Position numbers and translations under genes: made by a program
Shown here: piece by piece, positions 1 to 8,480 of the stretch
How positions within the stretch are numbered: the stretch's first letter is position 1
Layout of the letters: every line of letters starts with the position of its first letter
The notes under the pieces: model-generated
The model's input: only the letters and a program-made list of their open reading frames with translations
Databases searched by the model: none
Told to the model about the DNA's origin: nothing
Source of the DNA: Nitrospinaceae bacterium
Lineage (GTDB): Bacteria > Nitrospinota > Nitrospinia > Nitrospinales > Nitrospinaceae
Reading direction: 5' to 3'
Length of the DNA stretch: 64,000 bases
Assembly: GCA_965223665.1 (NCBI GenBank)
Contig: OZ245011.1
Coordinates: 4,000,001-4,064,000, forward strand

Positions 1-1064
1 GCGCCATAAACCTTTGCGACTTCTGTTAAATCGTCTAAAACTTTTCTGGAAAGTACTTCTGTGCTTTTTTTGACATTGATGGCTTTGACTTGGCCACCAT
101 TTTTTAAAGTCTCAGCAAATACTTTAAAATCAGTTCCCTCTACAGTTTCTGTTAAATCAACAAATTCCATTCCAAATCGAAGATCTGGTTTGTCAGATCC
201 AAACCGGTTTATAGCGTCACGATAATTTAAAATTTGAAATGGAGTTTCGATCTCAATACCTAGAACTTCTCGATAAATATTGGCGATCATTTGTTCTACC
301 ATTTCAAATAGTAATTCTTCATCAACAAAGGAAAGCTCAATATCAATTTGGGTGAATTCAGGTTGGCGATCATTCCTTAAATCTTCATCTCTAAAACATT
401 TGACGATTTGGAAATACCGATCCATTCCTGATACCATCAAAATTTGTTTGAATAATTGTGGCGATTGGGGCAGGGCGTAAAATCTTTGTGAATTGATACG
501 ACTGGGTACTAAATAATCTCGTGCGCCTTCAGGAGTGCTACGAGTCAGCATTGGGGTTTCAATTTCAATAAAGTTTTGTTCATGCAATGAATTGCGTACT
601 ACGCGAGTAATGTTATATCGCAATTTCATATTTTTTTGCAGTTCATCACCCCGTAAATCCAGATATCGATGTTTGAGTCTTAATGCCTCGCTAACTTCGG
701 CATTGTCCCATCCAGGGAAAGGAGGAGTTTCTGATTTATTGAGAATGTTCAGATCTTCTACATAAACTTCAATAGAGCCGGTTTTCAACTTGGTATTTAT
801 CATCTCATCTGGTCGAGCCCTCACATTGCCGGTTACGGCTATCACGTAATTGCCCCGTAGAGATTGGGCTTCCTGATGAGCTAATTGATCGATTTGTGGA
901 TTCAAAACTACTTGGGTGATTCCATATTTATCCCAAAGATCAATGAAGATCAATCCTCCATGGTCTCGGCGGGTATGAATCCAACCGCACAGGGTTACGC
1001 TTTGACCAATTTGCGAATTGGACAATTCTCCACAATTGTGTGATCTTTTTGAATTGTTTGGCAT
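1..1064 (-). CDS. aspS: Aspartate--tRNA ligase, probably the non-discriminating Asp/Asn type; partial, 3' end lies outside the window
   Basis: Manual translation from ATG at 1064 gives MPNNSKRSHNCGELS..GWIHTRRDHGGLIFIDL, and later TPEGARDYLVPSR, YALPQSPQLFKQ, FQIVKCFRDEDLR. His in RDHGG is typical of ND-AspRS. Confidence 0.96.
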   Translation of the reverse strand, partial: MPNNSKRSHNCGELSNSQIGQSVTLCGWIHTRRDHGGLIFIDLWDKYGITQVVLNPQIDQLAHQEAQSLRGNYVIAVTGNVRARPDEMINTKLKTGSIEVYVEDLNILNKSETPPFPGWDNAEVSEALRLKHRYLDLRGDELQKNMKLRYNITRVVRNSLHEQNFIEIETPMLTRSTPEGARDYLVPSRINSQRFYALPQSPQLFKQILMVSGMDRYFQIVKCFRDEDLRNDRQPEFTQIDIELSFVDEELLFEMVEQMIANIYREVLGIEIETPFQILNYRDAINRFGSDKPDLRFGMEFVDLTETVEGTDFKVFAETLKNGGQVKAINVKKSTEVLSRKVLDDLTEVAKVYG

Positions 1065-1230
1065 AAATTTTAGATTAAGGCAAAAAATGATCCCACAACT
1101 TACTGAAAATGAAGACGAGTTGCAAGTGCTTATTTGATACACATTTAAAAATATTGAACCATTGGGTGCTTTTGGAAGAGGGTTTGGGCCACGAGAGCGT
1201 TAGGGAAAAACAAATTAGTCCCAATAAAGT

Positions 1231-2670
1231 CTATTCAGGTGAAGTTTCAGGATCGGATGGTTTTTGGAGTTTCTCGGAGGAATTTGAATCATCATCTTCC
1301 TCAGATTGAGAAACAAGGGCTGCAGCTTTTTTCTGAGCTTCTATTTCCCGCTGTTTTTCTTCCATAGCTTTTTTTTCTGCCTGCCATTCAATAACCATTT
1401 GGGGCTTAATCTTTATTGCGACCGGAATATTAACCGTACTGCAGGAACGGACACAAACGCCGCATCCAGTACATGTTTTTTTATTAATAATGGGCTTTTG
1501 ATCCTTTTGAGTAATGACACCAGGGATGGGGCAATCGATTATGCATTGTTGGCAAAAGGTATCACCATAAGCCTGACATTTCTTTTTATCAAGAATGGCA
1601 TAGCCCATTTTTGCTTCTTCTCTTCCCCCGGGGACTGGTAGTAAGGCACCATCTGGGCAAGCAGGAATACAGGGTAAATCATTACACATTACACAAGGAA
1701 CTTTGACTGGGTCGATGTAGGGCGTGTCCATAATAAGGAAGCCGTGTTTCTTAGGAACTCTCTGGATAGCATCTTTCGGACAGGCATTAATGCATTTGTC
1801 ACAACGAGTGCAGGCCTGTAAAAAAGCTCTTTCAGAAATAGCTCCAGGAGGTCTTAAAAGCGGAATTCGTTTTGTGATTTTATCTACGGTTTGATTAACT
1901 TTATCAATTTTACCCTGGATTTTGTCCACCGTAGGTTTCGCAAAAAAATGGACGCTCTTACGCATTAGATTGCGCCGGTTCATCTCAACATCTTCGTCAC
2001 TCCTTTCTTCCTCAGACTCTTCATCGTGATTTTCGTTAGAGTTTGAAGAAGGGATTTCTTGAGTTTGTTCAATAGAGGTTTCTATTTCAGAATCTGGGGT
2101 CTTAGTATCGGAGGATTGTGAATCCAGGTTATTTTTTGCAGCTAGTTTTTCAGCCTTAATTCTTTTCTTTTCTAATTTTCGAGCTTCAATTTCTTCAGGG
2201 TCTTCTAGGGTAGGGTAAAACCGTTCTACCACTCGTCTAAAAAAACCGCGCTTGGGTTTTTCAGTTTCAATAATTTCTGTTTTGGCCTCATTGCCAGTCT
2301 CTTCTAAAGCTTCATTCGATTCAGAGAGATTTTCATTTAAACTATCATTCTGTTCGTTTAATTCTTCTTCCTCTTTAAGGCGTATTTTTTTTCTTTTAAT
2401 TTTTTTTCTTTCTTTTTCTTTTCTGTCTGATTCGTCGGCATATTCTTTGAGTTGATTTAAACTTCCAAATAATCCACGACGAGATATCTCTTGCTGCTCA
2501 ATAGGTTTTTTTAGGGAAGCTTTTAATTTGTGCAAACTTAAAAGATCTTTGTCATCAGAAGAATGGTTTCCTTTTTGATCTTCCGAAATATGATCTTCAT
2601 TCGTTTTTATTTTTGGAGGAAGTTTTTTTCCTTTGAATTTATCTTTATTTAGTTTGTATCGAAGTGACAT
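1231..2670 (-). CDS. NapF/NapG/MauM-like polyferredoxin with a long charged N-terminal extension
   Basis: LRPPGA followed by four Cys clusters (CTRCDKCINACP, CVMC..PCIPACP, C..CQQCIIDCP, CTGCGVCVRSC). Confidence 0.85.
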   Translation of the reverse strand: MSLRYKLNKDKFKGKKLPPKIKTNEDHISEDQKGNHSSDDKDLLSLHKLKASLKKPIEQQEISRRGLFGSLNQLKEYADESDRKEKERKKIKRKKIRLKEEEELNEQNDSLNENLSESNEALEETGNEAKTEIIETEKPKRGFFRRVVERFYPTLEDPEEIEARKLEKKRIKAEKLAAKNNLDSQSSDTKTPDSEIETSIEQTQEIPSSNSNENHDEESEEERSDEDVEMNRRNLMRKSVHFFAKPTVDKIQGKIDKVNQTVDKITKRIPLLRPPGAISERAFLQACTRCDKCINACPKDAIQRVPKKHGFLIMDTPYIDPVKVPCVMCNDLPCIPACPDGALLPVPGGREEAKMGYAILDKKKCQAYGDTFCQQCIIDCPIPGVITQKDQKPIINKKTCTGCGVCVRSCSTVNIPVAIKIKPQMVIEWQAEKKAMEEKQREIEAQKKAAALVSQSEEDDDSNSSEKLQKPSDPETSPE

Positions 2671-2737
2671 AAAAAATTTCTTATTTAACCAAGCCTTTTA
2701 TTACATAGTATCTCACGCCAAGGAAGTATTGTAATTT

Positions 2738-3241
2738 TTAATCCCTAGGGTCCCATCCCATTTCATGCGCGATATTTTTATAATCGTGCCAATTTTGTGC
2801 ATTGGCATTTTCCAACATATATTCATCGGTAGCTAAAACAAGAGGATGACCCTTATTGACAAAAGATTGGACTGTAGGGAATCTTAAAAGAAATACAGTT
2901 ACACTTATTCTGGCTAAATCTTTGATATCTGGATCATCTAAAGCCTCTTTTAATAAATCTTCTGCATTGTCTTCTGTAACCTGTTGAAACAGGTCTGCGG
3001 TCTTTTCTTCTAAATGAGGGTTCGTATCACAAATCTTTGCAGCCTCAAGCTGAAGCTCTAGAATTCTTTGAAAATCCTCATCATCAAATTCTCCTTCCAT
3101 TTTTCCTTCTTCCCATGCAGAACCATCCAAGGTTCTATTATTGGGTTCGTCTTTACGTTCAGAGGTTTCACAAAATGCTAAATTTGCCTCATCTAAGATG
3201 ATTTTTGTCTTTATTTCTGTCTTGGTTAGATTTTCTGACAT
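2738..3241 (-). CDS. Hypothetical acidic protein
   Basis: 167-aa ORF with an upstream AGGGAG RBS-like sequence; no recognised motif. Confidence 0.7.
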   Translation of the reverse strand: MSENLTKTEIKTKIILDEANLAFCETSERKDEPNNRTLDGSAWEEGKMEGEFDDEDFQRILELQLEAAKICDTNPHLEEKTADLFQQVTEDNAEDLLKEALDDPDIKDLARISVTVFLLRFPTVQSFVNKGHPLVLATDEYMLENANAQNWHDYKNIAHEMGWDPRD

Positions 3242-3617
3242 GGAACTTATTGGACTCCCTTATTTATACTTTCGAATTGTAAAAATTAAGATTTTTATGG
3301 CTTAATTCCCACTTACTAGCGAAAGGTAAGTTTATTTAAATGAATTGGTTTGTTGGCCTCATCCTACCATAATTACCCTTAGAAACGGAAGGAAACTCAG
3401 TGTCGAGATTCTGTTACTTTTAGGACACAAATGGTTACAAAAGTGGATTTCCGAAATTATGGTAAATTTATTGATTTTAAAGTTTACATGCAGTTTTTCT
3501 TATAGGTAGTGTGATACCATACCCCTAAATTTTGAGAAAATACGGATCAAATTTGATTTTTATCCATCAAAACTTCTATAAATAAGGGCGTTTTATTATT
3601 AGTAGAGTGAATGGCTT

Positions 3618-5441
3618 ATGAAAAAAGTTTTATTAATTTTTCCACCTGAGTGGGTTCCAACTGCACCTTATTTAGCCCTCCCTAGTTTGACGGCTGTATT
3701 ACGTCAAAATGGAATTCAAGTAGTGCAAAAAGATATTAATGTAGAGGCTTTTGAACATTATTTCACTCCTGAATTTTTTCAATTTGTAGAAAACAAGATT
3801 AAGGGGCGACTTAAGAGCTTAAGAGCGAAGCAAAGGGAAGCAGGGCTCAGCGATGAAGAAAGTCAACTTAAAGAAATGCTCACTCAATATACTTTTGTAG
3901 ATTTGCCCTACCATATAGAAAAAGTCCAGCGGGCTAAAGAGATTGTGCGTTCAAAGGAATTTTATGAAGTTGAAAAATTAGAATGGGCTTTAAATTCTTT
4001 TCGTGAAGCGATGGAGTATATATCCGCCTCATATTTTCCTGCGAGTATAAATTTTTATCCGGTTGAAAGTAATTTAAATATTTATCGTCCCTGGGTTTCT
4101 GAGGATCTATTTAAAGCTCCTTATGATGAAGATGTAAATATTTATATTGATCTTTGCAAGCAACTGGTTTTCCCCACAATTGAAAAAGAAAAACCAGATG
4201 TAGTTGGGGTTTCAATTGGAACACCGGTGCAACTGATGTCGGGAATGACGTTTTGCCAATTAATCCGCGAAAAATATCCGGAAATTCATGTGACTGCCGG
4301 TGGAAATATTACCACCCGCTTAAAAGATGAGATTAGCAAAAATAAGAAGTTTTTTGAAAAGGCGTTTCACTCATTGATTTGCTACGAAGGGGAGCATGCC
4401 ATGGTAGAACTGGTAAATGCTCTCGACAAAGGGACCTCTCTAAAAGAGGTTTCAAATCTGATCTGGATGAACGATTCAGGAGAAATCCATGTTAATGAAA
4501 AACTTCATACAGAAAAGGTAAGCGAGTTACCAGTCCCGGACTTTGATGGAATTCCCTGGCATTTATATTTTGCTCCGGAAAAGATTGTGCCTTATTTGGG
4601 GACGCGAGGTTGTTATTGGGGGAAATGCACATTTTGCGATCATGGAGCAGGTTATATTGATCAATTTCGCGCGAAACACGCGGATCAAATGGTTGAAGAG
4701 TTGGCCGAGTTAAAAAGTAAAACGAATGCAAAACACTTTTTGTTTACCGATGAATCGTTTCCGCCTGCCCTGTTTAAAAAGCTTCCACCCATGATGTTAG
4801 ATGCGGGATTGGATATTTATTGGACAACCCTAATTCGGTTTGAATCTTCACTTGTGGAGCCTGAAGTTTGGGAAATAGCTGCAAAATCTGGTTGCCGTTC
4901 TCTTTACTTCGGATTGGAATCAGCCAATGAACGCATAATTAAGTTAGTTAAAAAAGATACAGATATTGATGTGGCAATTCAAAATCTTAATGAGGCAAAA
5001 CGCGTAGGAATTTGGAGTCATGTGATGGGATTTTTTGGTTTTCCAAGTGAAACACAAGAGGAGGCTGAAGACACGCGTCGTTTTTTAATTGATAACCAGG
5101 ATATTATTCACTCCGTAGAAATGTATTTCTTTGTTTTGTATAAACAAGCGCCTGTGATGAAAATGCAAGAAGAAACAAAGATTACGGTTCAATATGATCC
5201 CAATCATGATTTAGCTTTGGATTTTTATTATACCCCTGAAAATGGTCTGACTATTCCTGAGGCGATGAAAAGGTATGAACAGTTTTATAAAGAGGATTTT
5301 CAACCTTGGGCGTTAAGAGTAAATGCCCGTGAACATGTGTATCTTTATATTACTCATTTCGGAACAAATAAGCTTCCTCAGCTTTATGTTAAAAATCAAC
5401 CTTCCTCTGAACGGGAACTTACCTCTGAAGCAATAATTTAA
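3618..5441 (+). CDS. Cobalamin-binding radical SAM protein
   Basis: N-terminal B12-binding domain (LIFPP..PYLALPSL, PDVVGVS) and RGCYWGKCTFC CxxxCxxC motif. Confidence 0.9.
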   Translation: MKKVLLIFPPEWVPTAPYLALPSLTAVLRQNGIQVVQKDINVEAFEHYFTPEFFQFVENKIKGRLKSLRAKQREAGLSDEESQLKEMLTQYTFVDLPYHIEKVQRAKEIVRSKEFYEVEKLEWALNSFREAMEYISASYFPASINFYPVESNLNIYRPWVSEDLFKAPYDEDVNIYIDLCKQLVFPTIEKEKPDVVGVSIGTPVQLMSGMTFCQLIREKYPEIHVTAGGNITTRLKDEISKNKKFFEKAFHSLICYEGEHAMVELVNALDKGTSLKEVSNLIWMNDSGEIHVNEKLHTEKVSELPVPDFDGIPWHLYFAPEKIVPYLGTRGCYWGKCTFCDHGAGYIDQFRAKHADQMVEELAELKSKTNAKHFLFTDESFPPALFKKLPPMMLDAGLDIYWTTLIRFESSLVEPEVWEIAAKSGCRSLYFGLESANERIIKLVKKDTDIDVAIQNLNEAKRVGIWSHVMGFFGFPSETQEEAEDTRRFLIDNQDIIHSVEMYFFVLYKQAPVMKMQEETKITVQYDPNHDLALDFYYTPENGLTIPEAMKRYEQFYKEDFQPWALRVNAREHVYLYITHFGTNKLPQLYVKNQPSSERELTSEAII

Positions 5442-5535
5442 TTATTCCTTGGTTTTCAATAAATATTAAACCGCCTTGCCTTTAGACCGCTTTGTGCGAA
5501 ACAAATGTTTTGAGTTAAAGCTTTATGAGAGACTC

Positions 5536-5564
5536 TTGACATTTGTTAAGTAAGAAAATACTAT
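5536..5564 (+). promoter_or_regulatory. Sigma70-type promoter upstream of the heme-binding protein gene
   Basis: TTGACA-N17-TACTAT. The -35 overlaps the quasi-palindrome TTGAC-ATTT-GTTAA. Confidence 0.55.
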
Positions 5565-5706
5565 TGGATTTCCGAACTTCGCCAATTCAATTTTGAAGTT
5601 GGATAGGACTTTCCGTTGACTGTTTCTAAGTTGTTGTTATCAATTTTATCTTAAAAAATATTTATACGAACTGACTTTTCTAGTCTTGAAGAGGGGAGAA
5701 AATATC

Positions 5707-6483
5707 GTGCGATTTAACTCTAGGAAATTTTTTTCATATTGCTTTTTTGTTTTGCTAACTATAAACATCTTTTTGCCAATAAAAGCCTTGGCTTTGCCAA
5801 CTCATGAGGAACTGACCGCAGCTCTAGACGCGGCTTCTGCCGCTGGAGTTAATAATGGAGGTATTTTTTCTCCTGCGCGAATGTGGGCTGCAATTGTTGA
5901 TCGAGCCGGACGTGTGGTGCATGTTACTAAAACCACCGGTTCTGATCCGTGGCCTGGGAGTCGAGTTATTGCTATGCAAAAAGCTTATACAGCAAACGCA
6001 TTTAGCAATGATGGATTGGCATTATCAACTGCAAATCTTTTTAAAGCGGTTCAACCGGGTGGAAGTTTATTTGGTCTTCAATTTAGCAATCCTGTCAATC
6101 CATTATTAGCCTACGGAGGAGCACCTCATAAATTTGGAACGAAAAACGATCCAGCTGCTAAAGGGAAAAAAATTGTAGGTGGAGTGAATGTATTTGGAGG
6201 GGGTCTACCCATATATGACCCCAATACCGGAGAAGTTTTAGGGGGAATTGGAGTTAGTGGTGATAGTTCCTGTGCGGATCATGTGATTGCTTGGCGTATT
6301 CGTCACGCACTTGGCTACACCCAGGTTCCGGGAGGGGTAAATACTGGCAATTATGGAGGAGCGGTGGCTCCAGCAAATGGGGATGATAATATCATTTTTG
6401 ATCTTACAAATGGTTTTGGACATCCATTTTGTGGATTTAATGAATTAACAGTAATAGATTTGCCATCGATGGGAAATTTTTAA
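5707..6483 (+). CDS. Exported GlcG/HbpS-family heme-binding protein
   Basis: Signal peptide, AIVDRAG, KAYTANAF, FGGGLPI, GGIGVSGD. GTG start follows GAGGGGAG (ORF track start is 5686). Confidence 0.8.
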   Translation: MRFNSRKFFSYCFFVLLTINIFLPIKALALPTHEELTAALDAASAAGVNNGGIFSPARMWAAIVDRAGRVVHVTKTTGSDPWPGSRVIAMQKAYTANAFSNDGLALSTANLFKAVQPGGSLFGLQFSNPVNPLLAYGGAPHKFGTKNDPAAKGKKIVGGVNVFGGGLPIYDPNTGEVLGGIGVSGDSSCADHVIAWRIRHALGYTQVPGGVNTGNYGGAVAPANGDDNIIFDLTNGFGHPFCGFNELTVIDLPSMGNF

Positions 6484-6646
6484 CAATTTGAAACTTTATT
6501 TGTTGCCTGGTTTAGTATTTAGTCGGAGGTTTTTTCGGCAGCAAACTTTTTATTGGAAAAGTTGTTGAAAATTGGGTTAATATTGCTCCAGGACTATTTG
6601 GTGATTTAAGATCAACCCATAAGTATTTTTTAAAGGAGGATTCGCC

Positions 6647-7108
6647 TTGAAAAAATTATGGACCGTTTTTATTTTTCTTTTTGTATTCCCAAGCTTGTCG
6701 ATGGCTCATCCGGGAAAGGTGGATGATAAGGGTTGTCATGTATGTAAAAACAATTGTTCTAAATGGAATGTTCCTAAGGGTAAGCCTCATTGTCACGATC
6801 CTGGTGATAAAGGACAGGGAGGATTAAAAAAACAAAAGCAGAAGGAAAAGAAAGCAAAGGCTCGTGAATTAAAAAAAGATAAAAAAAAGAAGGCTAAAGA
6901 TTCCAAAACTAGTAAAAAGGCAAAGAGTCAAAAATCAAAAAAGATGAAAAAAGAAAAGAGCCAAAAGAGCAAAAAAAGTAAGAAAGAAAAAAGTAAGAAT
7001 CTAGAGAAGAAAGCCAAGAAAAAATCAAAAAAAGAAAAGTCAAAGAAGGAAAAGAAAAAAAAGAGTAAAAAATCTAAGAAAAGTAAAAAGAAAAAGTCTA
7101 AAGACTAA
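6647..7108 (+). CDS. Exported YHYH-like His/Cys domain protein with a Lys-rich tail
   Basis: AAGGAGG RBS, signal peptide ending SMA-H, HPGKVDDKGCHVCKNNC..HCH, then a K/S/E low-complexity tail. Confidence 0.8.
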   Translation: MKKLWTVFIFLFVFPSLSMAHPGKVDDKGCHVCKNNCSKWNVPKGKPHCHDPGDKGQGGLKKQKQKEKKAKARELKKDKKKKAKDSKTSKKAKSQKSKKMKKEKSQKSKKSKKEKSKNLEKKAKKKSKKEKSKKEKKKKSKKSKKSKKKKSKD

Positions 7109-7135
7109 AGCTTTCTTAGTATATTTAAACAATTT

Positions 7136-7197
7136 AAAAACCCGATCTTCTACATATTGCTTGTCTGTAAAACATAATGTAGAACCTCGGGTTTTTT
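7136..7197. terminator. Bidirectional intrinsic terminator (long hairpin) between convergent genes
   Basis: AAAAACCCGA-TC-TTCTACAT ... ATGTAGAA-CC-TCGGGTTTTT. Confidence 0.7.
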
Positions 7198-7237
7198 ATT
7201 AATATAACTCAGTATTCCAGGAATTTATTATAGCAAT

Positions 7238-7645
7238 TTAATGGGTAATAATTGGTTCCATTTCTTTTGCTTCTTCCACCCATTTTGCTATTTGACTTGG
7301 CTCCGGAACACTTCGTGTTAATTTTTTTGCTTCGTTGATTTCTCTCATTTTTGCTGACAAATTATCAGGAACTCTCATCTTTAATTCTTTTACAGTATCG
7401 ACACCCGCAGCCTCTAGCAGTTCGGAATATTGTTTACCAATTCCTTTTATTCTCATTAAGTCCGCTTTATTTGTCCAACCCAAAAGAACGGATTCGGATA
7501 TTCCAGTTTTTCCGGAAGTATCTTTTCTACCTTTTGCTGAACCGCATACCTCAAGTAAGTCAGAAGTTGTATTGATTCCAGCTTCTGTTAATTTATTCCC
7601 ATTGATGGGGCCAATTCCTTCTATTTCCTGAATTTTATAGCTCAT
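7238..7645 (-). CDS. DUF4332 domain protein (HhH-like)
   Basis: IEGIGP..L..AGI, ADLMRIKGIG.QYSELLEAAGVDTVKEL. Confidence 0.9.
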   Translation of the reverse strand: MSYKIQEIEGIGPINGNKLTEAGINTTSDLLEVCGSAKGRKDTSGKTGISESVLLGWTNKADLMRIKGIGKQYSELLEAAGVDTVKELKMRVPDNLSAKMREINEAKKLTRSVPEPSQIAKWVEEAKEMEPIITH

Positions 7646-7883
7646 TTTTCCCTCCCTGAATAAAAAAATGTTCAGAAATTATACCAAAAAGGGCGTATTG
7701 TTTTTAAGAATAAACATTGTTTCTAAATATTGGAGTTACGTATTAGTAGCGTGATCGGACTAAATGATATTGTTTTTTTTGAAGTTATTAGGTGGGCCAT
7801 TTTTTTCTTGATTGCCGAAATTCCGAAGTGTAATTTAGGAGATAAATTAACCAAAAAAAATTATATTTTAGGGGGAAAGTCAT

Positions 7884-8441
7884 ATGAGCTTGCTTCAAAC
7901 AATTTTAGGCAACCAGGGGGGCGCCACAGTAATGGAAATGGCAAAAAAATTTGGAATTGGCGAAGATGCGACTCAAAGCGTTTTAGGAAAAATTGTGCCT
8001 GCCCTGTCTCAAGGTCTTAAGAAAAATGTGTCCACTGAATCTGGGCTTGAAAGTCTTTTAGGAGCATTAAGTAAAGGGAATCATCAAAAATACCTAGAGA
8101 ATCCTCAAAGCCTTGGTGAAGAAAGTTCTATTTTAGAAGGAAATAAAATTTTGGGTCATCTTTTGGGGAGTAAGGATGTCAGCCGAAATGTAGCGGGTCA
8201 TGTAGCCAAAGAAACTGGGCAGGATGAGGGAATAATAAAAAAAATGTTGCCAATGGTAGCCAATTCTCTGATGGGAGCATTAGGTCAGCAATCTTCTGGA
8301 ACGGGCATGTTAAGTTCTTTGTTTAGTAATGATGGAGACTCAGGGTCCAAATTAGGATTGCTCACTTCTTTTTTAGATGCAGATAATGACGGTAGTGTGA
8401 TGGATGATGTTTTAGGAATGGCAAAGAAGTTTTTTAAATAA
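7884..8441 (+). CDS. DUF937 (YidB-like) protein with a C-terminal EF-hand-like loop
   Basis: GNKILGHLLGSKDVSRNVA, KKMLPMVA, LDADNDGSVMDD. Confidence 0.85.
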   Translation: MSLLQTILGNQGGATVMEMAKKFGIGEDATQSVLGKIVPALSQGLKKNVSTESGLESLLGALSKGNHQKYLENPQSLGEESSILEGNKILGHLLGSKDVSRNVAGHVAKETGQDEGIIKKMLPMVANSLMGALGQQSSGTGMLSSLFSNDGDSGSKLGLLTSFLDADNDGSVMDDVLGMAKKFFK

Positions 8442-8480
8442 TTTAGAAAAAAGTTTTAAAGAGCTAGAGTTGTTAATTCT

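Noticed and set aside
280-765. Short plus-strand ORFs in the ORF track
   Set aside because: They are antisense shadows of aspS. The same applies to most 60-110 aa ORFs nested in long genes across the window.
3241-3618. Cobalamin or c-di-GMP riboswitch ahead of the B12 radical SAM gene
   Set aside because: Only a weak hairpin (ACTTACT..GGTAAGT) is present, with no riboswitch consensus elements.
5536-5549. FNR box
   Set aside because: TTGAC-N4-GTTAA deviates from TTGAT-N4-ATCAA and is adequately explained as a -35 element.
6830-7108. A-rich tandem repeat or CRISPR-like array
   Set aside because: Explained by Lys/Ser codons of the protein tail; there is no constant repeat-spacer structure.
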